DNA of 64,000 bases from Candidatus Norongarragalinales archaeon (GTDB lineage: Archaea; Micrarchaeota; Micrarchaeia; Norongarragalinales; Norongarragalinaceae). Positions 34,672 to 42,250 of this stretch are shown one piece after another. Location of the stretch: positions 288,001-352,000 of the forward strand of contig JAWABJ010000001.1 of assembly GCA_038884755.1 (NCBI GenBank), in the 5' to 3' direction. The notes beneath the pieces are model-generated. The model worked only from the letters and a program-made list of their open reading frames with translations, did no database searches and was not told the origin of the DNA. How positions within the stretch are numbered: the stretch's first letter is position 1; each line of letters begins with the position of its first letter. A program made the position numbers and the translations under genes.

Positions 34672-35220
34672 ATGGACCAACGCACGGAATACATCCTCTC
34701 GCGCTACCACTCTTACCTGCAGAACAGACGCAAGCCCGAAAGCTTTTGGGGAAAGTTCTTGCGAAGGACTTCAATCCGCGCGAAAGGGTTTTTCAAGCAG
34801 CCGGTCGAATCTGCGATTTATTACACCCTATCGGCGCTTCCGATTCCGTTATGGAGCGAGCAGGACGCGGCGCAGGTTACGGAATGGTTTTCACGAAATG
34901 CCCTCGGCAGCAAAAGCGGCTTCGAAGCGCCCCACGCGCCGAGCGAGAGGGAAGAGTCGCTGCTCAAAAGCGTGGCTGTCAAAGAATTCAAAAGGTTTTT
35001 GGCGCAAGACCCGGCCGCAAAATTGCAGCTTATGCAACACTACCAGGAAAGGCACGGAGAGGTTCCCAAGGAAATCCACGCAATCCTCCCGCGCGCCCCT
35101 GTTTTCAGGAAGCCCGCTGGAAACTCGAATTTGGTTCACACCCTCGCGGCGGCAAGGAGGGAACAGTCGGGAAGGGCGGTGTTGCGCAGCCCTCCGCGCT
35201 TGAAATACGCCTTTAAATAA
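34672..35220 (+). CDS. Hypothetical protein
   Basis: Start MDQRTEY about 28 nt after TTAAAAA; genome-typical codon usage. Confidence 0.65.
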   Translation: MDQRTEYILSRYHSYLQNRRKPESFWGKFLRRTSIRAKGFFKQPVESAIYYTLSALPIPLWSEQDAAQVTEWFSRNALGSKSGFEAPHAPSEREESLLKSVAVKEFKRFLAQDPAAKLQLMQHYQERHGEVPKEIHAILPRAPVFRKPAGNSNLVHTLAAARREQSGRAVLRSPPRLKYAFK

Positions 35221-35252
35221 TTCTTTTTTCCTAATCGAGTCCGGTTGGCGTA

Positions 35253-35705
35253 ATGAAAATTTCACTCTTCCTAGGAATAGTCGTTTTCGTGATTTGCTTC
35301 GGCGGAGTTTTGTATTTGAATTCTTCCAACCCAGAAGGAAAGCTTTTCGTTTTCACCCCGCCGTACAATTACGTTGTCGGCGACACGCTGAGTTTTTTCA
35401 ATTCCTTCCTTTTCGTTTTCATCCTGTCCGCGGCTTTTTTTGGCATAGCCGCGCCAATAGCGTTGGGAATGGAGGGGTTGAAATACGCTTCCCTGCTTTC
35501 AGCGGGGCTCATGCCAGTTTACGACGTTCTCTTCGTGATACCCTCATTGTTGTCCGCCTACTCGGCTTCGCTCTTGGGGCAAGGGGCGATTGAAGACTAC
35601 CAGGGTAAGGGAAGCGTTTTCGGGCACTGGCAGGATGCGGTGAAATGGTTTGCCGTCGGAACGGCGATTCTTGTGATTTTAATACTCGCGCGCGGTTATT
35701 TGTAA
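35253..35705 (+). CDS. Membrane protein, SpoIIM-like C-terminal half (cluster gene 1)
   Basis: 4-5 TMs; N..F..LS..FFG...EG.K and P..L.A..A..LG patterns reminiscent of SpoIIM. Confidence 0.7.
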   Translation: MKISLFLGIVVFVICFGGVLYLNSSNPEGKLFVFTPPYNYVVGDTLSFFNSFLFVFILSAAFFGIAAPIALGMEGLKYASLLSAGLMPVYDVLFVIPSLLSAYSASLLGQGAIEDYQGKGSVFGHWQDAVKWFAVGTAILVILILARGYL

Positions 35706-35719
35706 GAGAGGTTTTTAGA

Positions 35720-36172
35720 ATGCTGCAAGCGCTGTTTCCGAATTTCGTGTTGTTCGGCGGGTTTTTCGAAATTTTCGAGACGCTGGGAGAATTAGACTTC
35801 GTGATTCGCGTGATGGTCTTTTCCTACATTCTCTTTTGGCTTTACACCACTTTCATGCCCGCTCGCGCGGACTTGCTTTTCGGAATCGGCGGCATAATCG
35901 CGGGATACTTGATTTTCGCGCACGGCGTTTCAATAACTTTGATAGTGGCGTTTTTCGTGCTGTTCATAGTCGGCGGCATGATGATACAACAGGTTTTGAT
36001 GTTCGGCCTGCTGCCTTTGCTGGGATACCAGTACGTGGGCGACAGGTTCATGAAGGCGAACGAGCTTCACGGAAGCCCGTCGAACGCCGAAGCTTTGGCA
36101 AAGCAATACTACAGTCCGGGAATGGCGATGCTGGGCAGTCGAATGGTCGAACAAGAACAGCAACAAAGGTGA
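35720..36172 (+). CDS. Small membrane protein, family A (cluster gene 2)
   Basis: GAGG SD; YILFWLY...GIIAGYLIFAH; Q-rich tail. Confidence 0.8.
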   Translation: MLQALFPNFVLFGGFFEIFETLGELDFVIRVMVFSYILFWLYTTFMPARADLLFGIGGIIAGYLIFAHGVSITLIVAFFVLFIVGGMMIQQVLMFGLLPLLGYQYVGDRFMKANELHGSPSNAEALAKQYYSPGMAMLGSRMVEQEQQQR

Positions 36173-36181
36173 AAATCGAAA

Positions 36182-36541
36182 GTGCTTGACGGGTTTGCTG
36201 CATTTGCGGTTTTTTCAATAATCGACGACATAGTGAATTTGATTACTTGGAGCTGGTGGCTTTGGCTTTTCTTTCTCGCGTGGTACTTTTACAAGTGGGC
36301 GCAAGACCACTTGGGTTTTTCGCCCATACTGGCGTTGGCGGTGGGTGGAATTTTGATTTACTTCCTCGTGATAGAACACCCGATAATCGGAACGGTGTCT
36401 GTTTTCACTTGGATGCTGTTGATGAGCGGAATACTGTTCCTGCTGCCGATGGTGACGGCGTTGTTCAACACGTTTTTCCACCATCCGCCGCAAATGCAGC
36501 AGCCGCAGCAAGGAGGTTTCGAGCAACATGGCTATACGTAG
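36182..36541 (+). CDS. Small membrane protein, family A (cluster gene 3)
   Basis: GGTGA SD; YFYKWAQDHLGFSPIL...GILIYFLVIEHP; P/Q-rich tail. Confidence 0.82.
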   Translation: MLDGFAAFAVFSIIDDIVNLITWSWWLWLFFLAWYFYKWAQDHLGFSPILALAVGGILIYFLVIEHPIIGTVSVFTWMLLMSGILFLLPMVTALFNTFFHHPPQMQQPQQGGFEQHGYT

Positions 36542-36938
36542 GCGTTTGAAGATACTCAGGGGGTATTACATTTCCGCGCACAGGCAGCGCATGGATTTTT
36601 TCAACTGGAAGTGGCGCTTGTTCGTCATACTTCTTGCCTCTCTTTTGGTGTTGTTCATAAACGATTACTTGCAGGCGAAGTACGTCGGAACCGTGGCTTT
36701 CGAAGCGAAAGCCGACGGCTCGCTCGAGGCGGCTGCCTATGCAATGCCCGACAAATTATTCAATTGGTTCATGACCGGCGTTCTTTTCGGCATAGTGGCG
36801 TTGGCGGTTTTGTATGAAGGCGAGTTCATTCTCGGGCTGCGCAAGATGATAGCGCGTTTCGAAAAACAGGCTGAAACTCAATTCGGGAGGGTGGCGGGAG
36901 TGCGGCAACGAAAGGCTGTTAAACAAAGAAGGAAATAG
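36528..36938 (+). CDS. Small 2-TM membrane protein with basic tail (cluster gene 4)
   Basis: Two hydrophobic helices, YEGEF motif; start at 36528 or 36591. Confidence 0.75.
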   Translation: MAIRRRLKILRGYYISAHRQRMDFFNWKWRLFVILLASLLVLFINDYLQAKYVGTVAFEAKADGSLEAAAYAMPDKLFNWFMTGVLFGIVALAVLYEGEFILGLRKMIARFEKQAETQFGRVAGVRQRKAVKQRRK

Positions 36939-36953
36939 GATTTTGTGTAAAAA

Positions 36954-37265
36954 ATGCTCGAGCTCCTTTCTTTCATTCCCGTTTTCTTATTCGACTTTAT
37001 CGAAGCCCTCACGGTCGTGATAATAATCATCGACTTCATCATGGTTTACAAGTATTTCTATCCTGAAGTCGTTGGCTCGCAGATTCTCGGCATAGTGATT
37101 ACCACCATAATCACTTTCCTTTTGATAATCCCCTACCCGTTCATGGCCTGGGTGGTGTTCTTCATTACTTTCGCCTACTCTTTCTTCTGGGGCTTCCAGC
37201 CTTGGACTTGGGCCAAGGACGAGCCGCTTGAGGGGGACAGGCAAACGGCCGAGCAAGGACCGTAA
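36954..37265 (+). CDS. Small membrane protein, family A-like (cluster gene 5)
   Basis: YKYFYPEVVGSQILGIVITTIITFLLIIPYP. Confidence 0.8.
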   Translation: MLELLSFIPVFLFDFIEALTVVIIIIDFIMVYKYFYPEVVGSQILGIVITTIITFLLIIPYPFMAWVVFFITFAYSFFWGFQPWTWAKDEPLEGDRQTAEQGP

Positions 37266-37280
37266 GGAGTGTAATCGCCA

Positions 37281-37565
37281 ATGGATTTTACGGCTCTCTT
37301 CATAGTAGTCCTCATGATACTGGCGGCGAAAACCGGACTGCTTTGGATTGCAGTAGGCTTAGGCGTGTTGCTTTTGGTGACGTCGAAAGGCTCTTATGCT
37401 ATTGCAGCCGCGCTTTTGGGAATAGGCGTTGCCGCGGCAATTTATTTCCTGGGCGAAAGCGACTTGAGCTTTTATGTCATGGTCGGAGGCTTGGGCGTGG
37501 TGCTATTGATTTTGGCCAAGAAAGAGTCAGACCAGCCTTCGGGCTACTACCCGCCTGCAGTTTAA
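37281..37565 (+). CDS. Small Gly/Ala/Leu-rich membrane protein (cluster gene 6)
   Basis: GGAG SD; 3-4 short hydrophobic segments; GYYPP tail. Confidence 0.8.
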   Translation: MDFTALFIVVLMILAAKTGLLWIAVGLGVLLLVTSKGSYAIAAALLGIGVAAAIYFLGESDLSFYVMVGGLGVVLLILAKKESDQPSGYYPPAV

Positions 37566-37626
37566 AGCACGCTGCGTAATGCAGAGATTAACACGTTTTA
37601 AAAGCAAGATTGAATCTTATTCGTAC

Positions 37627-37980
37627 ATGTCTTGGCTTTTGGCAGGCGCGCTTTTCGCGATAGGAATCCTGCTTTTGGATTCGTCCCAGTTCATCGGCTT
37701 TCTCACCATTCTCGCCGGAGTTTTCGCCTTGCTCGTCAAGCCCTCGCGCGCGGCGCATGCTGTCGCAGCACCACAACAGGCTTACTCCCAGCCGCAAATA
37801 ATAATAAAATCCGGGGGCCACGCGCCCAACCTCGAGAGGATAAAACTAAGGGTAAAGGAAGGGTGGACGGGAACGACTTCTTACGAAGACCTGATGACCA
37901 ACCTTTCGGACTTGGTGCTGTTTCCCGTGAAAATACTTTGGCGCTTGCTGCGAATCGGAAGGGGTGCCAAGAAAAAATGA
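37627..37980 (+). CDS. Small 2-TM protein, family B (cluster gene 7)
   Basis: TM hairpin, QPQIII, IKLRVKEGWTG, amphipathic helix, KKK end; TTTAAAA about 25 nt upstream. Confidence 0.78.
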   Translation: MSWLLAGALFAIGILLLDSSQFIGFLTILAGVFALLVKPSRAAHAVAAPQQAYSQPQIIIKSGGHAPNLERIKLRVKEGWTGTTSYEDLMTNLSDLVLFPVKILWRLLRIGRGAKKK

Positions 37981-38324
37981 ATTTGCTCATGCTCGCGGTG
38001 CTTGGAGTTTTGGCCTGGTACTCGTTCGAAAACGGGCTGGAGTTTTTCGGGGTTCTCGTGATAATAGCGGGCGTCTTGTTTTTGCTTACCGGCAAGCCAG
38101 AACGGAGCGTGCAGCACGGCTATTCTCCCGCTTTGCAGCCTTTGGTCATCGAGGACGACGGCACGCCCGGCGGCACGAAAGAAATAAACATGAAAGTTAA
38201 AAAGTGGAAGGACAGGTGGTCTGGCCACCCCAACGAATACGCCTTCCAGCACGTGGGACTGGCGTTGAACAACATCGCGCGCAGTTTCCTCTACATTCTG
38301 GGCATAGAAAAAGACAAAAAGTGA
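37977..38324 (+). CDS. Small 2-TM protein, family B (cluster gene 8)
   Basis: ATGA overlap with gene 7; MNLLMLAVLG...QPLVIE...INMKVKKWKDRWSG...EKDKK. Confidence 0.8.
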   Translation: MNLLMLAVLGVLAWYSFENGLEFFGVLVIIAGVLFLLTGKPERSVQHGYSPALQPLVIEDDGTPGGTKEINMKVKKWKDRWSGHPNEYAFQHVGLALNNIARSFLYILGIEKDKK

Positions 38325-38338
38325 AAAGCTGGTGTGTC

Positions 38339-38659
38339 ATGGACGCGTCTTCTTTCTCTCTCGTTCTCTTCATTCTCGCGGGATTGAGCCTGCTCAGCGG
38401 GCTCGAGTGGCTTTTCGTGGTTTTCGTTGCGCTTGGCTTGGCTTTGCTTTACTACGACCGCAACTCGCCGGTCGTTGAAGAAAAGCAGGCGCCGGAGCAA
38501 AAAACCTCCCCCGCGTCCGCGCAGCAGGTTGTAATAGTAAGGCAGGATTCCAGCTTGAGCGACGCGATTGCGGACAAGATTGTCGAGCACACCAAGCTCG
38601 AGCACTTGACCGGGACGAAACGCGAAATAGCCGAGCTCAAGAAAAAACTCAAGAAATAA
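38339..38659 (+). CDS. Small 2-TM protein, family B-like (cluster gene 9)
   Basis: GGTG SD; TM hairpin with GLEW, QQVVIV, helical basic C-terminus. Confidence 0.78.
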   Translation: MDASSFSLVLFILAGLSLLSGLEWLFVVFVALGLALLYYDRNSPVVEEKQAPEQKTSPASAQQVVIVRQDSSLSDAIADKIVEHTKLEHLTGTKREIAELKKKLKK

Positions 38660-38680
38660 GTTTTTCAGCAGAGCGCGGGT

Positions 38681-38980
38681 TTAAACTAATCCGAGCTCTA
38701 TCCTCGCCTGTTCGCTCATTTTCTCCGGCGTCCACGCCGGCTCCCAAACTATTTCGACATCCACCTTTTCTACTCCCGGCATTTTCCCGACTTTGCTTTT
38801 CACTTCTTCGATTATTTCCGGTGCCATTGGGCACAACGGCGTGGTCATCGTCATTTTGATGGAAACGTTTTTTCCTTCGATTGAAACGCCGTACACTAGC
38901 CCCAAGTCGACTATGTTGAACGCTATTTCCGGGTCCAAAACCGTCTTCAAAACGCCCAAAACGTCTTTTTCAGAAACCAT
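38681..38980 (-). CDS. DUF59/SufT (PaaD/MIP18) metal-sulfur cluster assembly factor
   Basis: V-x-DPEI...IVDLGLVY...TMTTPLCP...VWEPAWTPEKMS. Confidence 0.93.
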   Translation of the reverse strand: MVSEKDVLGVLKTVLDPEIAFNIVDLGLVYGVSIEGKNVSIKMTMTTPLCPMAPEIIEEVKSKVGKMPGVEKVDVEIVWEPAWTPEKMSEQARIELGLV

Positions 38981-39101
38981 TTTTCAAAACCCGCCAAAAA
39001 TCATTTTTCTTAGAATTGAATGTGAGCCGTTAGCTTTAAAAAGCGACTTTCGTTCTTAATTCGATAAGTTTAATTTAAAACCAATAGGCAGAGGGGGTCT
39101 A

Positions 39102-40964
39102 ATGAAATCTAGCAAAGTCTTCTTGTTTTTCATCGCTTTTTTCGCGCTCGCGAATATTGCCTTTGCGGCTAACGACGCTTTCGTCAACGCAAGCTTGGTT
39201 ACCACCGCAATCAAGGCGAACGACGTAGCCGCCAATACTACCGTAAACGGCAACGCTTCTTACAGCGTTTTGTTCAACACCTCTGCAACAGCCTACAACC
39301 GCACCGCTTTCAACATCACTTTTCCCGCCGGGTTTATCATGACCAACGCCATGCCCGCAAACCGGAGCGGAACCACCGGATTTTTCTACCTCAACGGCAC
39401 TTACAACGGCTCGCTCGGCTACACTTACCGGGTGACCGGCCAGGTTTTCGAGATTTTCGTGATAATAAACGCCTCCCAGCCTGTAGCGAACTGGTCTAAC
39501 ACGAACATCAACGTCACCATCGCAAACGTCCAGAACACGAACGTTTCCGCAACCTACCAGACCACAGTCCGCGCTTTCGATTCGGCGCAAAGCAACATGA
39601 CCACCGAAGGGCCTAACGTTTCAGCCGCCTTCAGCCTCGACACTTATCCCGCCTACAACATAAGCATAGCTTACGGCGACGGGCAAAGCGGCACGGTCAA
39701 CACTTCCCTCACCACCAACATCACCGCACTGGTGACCGACAATTTCGGGAACGCGATTGGCAGTTATCCCGTGAACTTCACCGCCCTCAACTTTACCTTG
39801 TACGACGGGAGGGTTGGAAAGAACGGCACTCACGCGACAATGTACCAGTCTCTCAACGCCACGACGAATTCCACCGGCCACGCCGGCATCCTGGCGTTCA
39901 TAGGCAACACCACGCTCAACACTACAACCGCGCGCTACGGCTACAACGCTACGGGCTTTAACCTGACTATCAACGCCACTTCCTACCAAATCCCGACCGC
40001 CTCGAGGATTTCCTACTATCTCGTGACTCCTTCCACCACGAGCACTACTACGGACACGGCGTTCACCATTCTCGTGTCTTCATACGACCCGTTCCACAAC
40101 ATCAACGGCACCAGCGCTTGGAACGGCACTCTCAACATGTCTTCAAGCGAAAGCATCGCGACCCTCACGTATTCCACAGACGGAACTACTTACGTCGCTT
40201 GGCCTAGCGCGGGCGTAAACCGGGCTCTGACCAACGGAAACGTGACCACGTGGTTCAAGCAGTCCATCAACGCCGACCTGACTTTCAACTTTACCGACAC
40301 CGGCGCAACGCAATCGACGGGCGTTTCCGCGCAAGTGCAAGTGCGAAGCGGCGGAGTAAACGGCGGTGGTGGTGGCAGCAGCACTCCAACTCCGACTCCA
40401 ACCCCGACGCCCACTCCAACCCCGACAGCAACGCCGTCCCCCTCTCCTGCCCCGCGTTTCGAACGCAACGTTGACTCTTCGACCAGCGTGGTGGGAGTAT
40501 TCGGCTCTTCGAGCACTTCCTTCACTCTCACCTACACTGCAGGAAGCGGCGGGTTTTACGGGGACTTGACCTGGCGCCTGCCTTTCGATTATGCCGATTT
40601 CCAAGCAGGAAAAATCACCTTCAATCCGGCTCCCAAGCGGGTGATAAAAGGAAGCGTTCTCGCAACGTGGGAGAACGTAGACTTGAAGGAAGGCGAAAAG
40701 CTTACTGTGGGCATAACCGTTAACCAAGCGATGGATTCGAGCGTCATGCAGCAGTTCGCCAAGCCGAGCTTGAGCGCAAAGAAAAGGCCTTTGCCAACCC
40801 CAACCCCTGTAGTACAGCCTTCCGTTGCGCCCACTGCGACGCCGAAAGCCGTAGCCCAAGCGCAAAAGGCCGACTACACGCTTTGGATAATACTGCTCGT
40901 GCTCCTGATTGCGGGCGGGTATTACTTCTTTGCGATGCGCAAGAAACGCGGGCTGTACAAGTAA
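39102..40964 (+). CDS. Secreted, heavily N-glycosylated cell-surface (S-layer-like) protein with C-terminal TM
   Basis: Signal peptide ending AFA; 33 N-x-S/T sequons counted in the first ~410 aa; Big-1-like V-T-D-N-F-G-N segment; (TP)n linker; TM plus RKKR tail. Confidence 0.85.
   Translation: MKSSKVFLFFIAFFALANIAFAANDAFVNASLVTTAIKANDVAANTTVNGNASYSVLFNTSATAYNRTAFNITFPAGFIMTNAMPANRSGTTGFFYLNGTYNGSLGYTYRVTGQVFEIFVIINASQPVANWSNTNINVTIANVQNTNVSATYQTTVRAFDSAQSNMTTEGPNVSAAFSLDTYPAYNISIAYGDGQSGTVNTSLTTNITALVTDNFGNAIGSYPVNFTALNFTLYDGRVGKNGTHATMYQSLNATTNSTGHAGILAFIGNTTLNTTTARYGYNATGFNLTINATSYQIPTASRISYYLVTPSTTSTTTDTAFTILVSSYDPFHNINGTSAWNGTLNMSSSESIATLTYSTDGTTYVAWPSAGVNRALTNGNVTTWFKQSINADLTFNFTDTGATQSTGVSAQVQVRSGGVNGGGGGSSTPTPTPTPTPTPTPTATPSPSPAPRFERNVDSSTSVVGVFGSSSTSFTLTYTAGSGGFYGDLTWRLPFDYADFQAGKITFNPAPKRVIKGSVLATWENVDLKEGEKLTVGITVNQAMDSSVMQQFAKPSLSAKKRPLPTPTPVVQPSVAPTATPKAVAQAQKADYTLWIILLVLLIAGGYYFFAMRKKRGLYK
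40383..40450 (+). repeat. Thr-Pro dipeptide repeat linker
   Basis: ACT CCA/CCG-type codon repeats encoding TPTPTPTPTPTPTPTATPSPSP. Confidence 0.9.
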
Positions 40965-40998
40965 AAAAGCCCCCTTCTCCTTTTTCTTCTTTTTATTT

Positions 40999-41019
40999 AA
41001 AAGCCCCAAAGGGCTTTTT
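40999..41019 (+). terminator. Hairpin plus T-tract downstream of the glycoprotein gene
   Basis: AAAAGCCC-CAAA-GGGCTTTTT, preceded by a pyrimidine tract. Confidence 0.4.
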
Positions 41020-41110
41020 AAACCATTTAACCCCCTTCTTGTTACTACTTTTTTGTAGTAAGGTATAAAAAGGAGGGTTTTGCAAAAATCTATAACGAGT
41101 GGTTTTTGCA

Positions 41111-41398
41111 ATGGCCCTTGACGGAGAAACGCTGGTCATACTGATATTCATAATTCTAGCCGTAGGCACTTTGAACAACGGCGGCTGGAGCACCGACCAC
41201 CCGCTGGTGTGGGCCCCTGCGATGTTGGTGCAAGCGCCTTTCGCGTTGTTCAGCGCTATTTCTTCAACCGCGCCTTTGCTGGCGCCACTTGCATTAATAG
41301 GTCTGTTGGCTTACGTGAATTTCATAGGCGCCACGCTGGGCGAAGCGTTTTTGACCCTGGTGGTTTTCGGCTGGATAATCGTGTTCATGGGAGTTTAA
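41111..41398 (+). CDS. Small membrane protein
   Basis: 95 aa, 3-4 hydrophobic segments, MALDGETL start. Confidence 0.7.
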   Translation: MALDGETLVILIFIILAVGTLNNGGWSTDHPLVWAPAMLVQAPFALFSAISSTAPLLAPLALIGLLAYVNFIGATLGEAFLTLVVFGWIIVFMGV

Positions 41399-41435
41399 AA
41401 AGCGGTTTGGACAGGGTTTTAATGGGCGCGTGCGT

Positions 41436-41582
41436 ATGAACGGTTTTTGGGCTTTGGTTTTGCTGCTCGTGCTTTTGGTCGAGCCGTTGCGCGATTCGCT
41501 GTGGGGCTTGCTTTTGGGCGCGGACGCGCTTTCGCTCCTTGCAGTCCTTATTGTAGTGTGGTTTTTGGCCAGCGGCGATTGA
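41436..41582 (+). CDS. 48-aa two-helix membrane micro-protein (below ORF-track cutoff)
   Basis: MNGFWALVLLLVLLVEPLRDSLWGLLLGADALSLLAVLIVVWFLASGD*. Confidence 0.6.
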   Translation: MNGFWALVLLLVLLVEPLRDSLWGLLLGADALSLLAVLIVVWFLASGD

Positions 41583-41591
41583 GCGCTAAAA

Positions 41592-42155
41592 TCAAGTTTT
41601 GCTTCTGAGAAGGAGTTTCCTGTCGGTATCCAGGATTTTTTGGTTGATGTTTTCCAGCGCCTTGAGCAGGGCGAGCGCCTCGTCGATTTTTTCCTCGAGC
41701 GTTTCAGGCTGTGAGGCTTTGGCGCCGGCAGCCGGAATTTCGATTTTCTCTTCCTTTTCTTCCTCGGGCTCTTCTTCCTTTTCCTCGCGGACTATTTCAA
41801 CTTGCGGTTCTTCCAATTCCTTTTTTTCTTCCTTTTCCTTGAACAGGCTTTTCCCCTGCGTTTCGACCAGGTCGCTCACGCTTATTTCCAGCTCGCCCTT
41901 CCTTTTTTGAGGCGAAGCCGCTGCCGCCGCGACGGGCTTTTGCGTTTTTTCCTCGGAAATTTCCTTGAACAACCCGCCTTGGGGTTTTGGAGTTGCGGCG
42001 GGCGAAACTTGGGTTGCCGGAGGCTTTTGCGTTGCAATGGCCTCGTCGAAAAGCTTTTCCGCGTCCCCGACCCCGAGTTCCTTGAGGTTGGTTATCACCT
42101 GCTCGCGGGTAAGCCCTTTGTCGAGCAGCTGCCTTATGACGATTTTCAAATCCAT
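41592..42155 (-). CDS. Hypothetical protein: helical N-domain, acidic linker, C-terminal coiled coil
   Basis: MDLKIVIRQLLDKGLTREQVITNLKELG...LEEKIDEALALLKALENINQKIL. Confidence 0.75.
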   Translation of the reverse strand: MDLKIVIRQLLDKGLTREQVITNLKELGVGDAEKLFDEAIATQKPPATQVSPAATPKPQGGLFKEISEEKTQKPVAAAAASPQKRKGELEISVSDLVETQGKSLFKEKEEKKELEEPQVEIVREEKEEEPEEEKEEKIEIPAAGAKASQPETLEEKIDEALALLKALENINQKILDTDRKLLLRSKT

Positions 42156-42250
42156 ACGCACAATAACCCGAACAGGCTTTTTAACTCTTTTTCGCTTTGC
42201 TTTGCGGACGTTGCGCAACTGCTTTAAAACGAAAGCGGCTAATGCATAGC

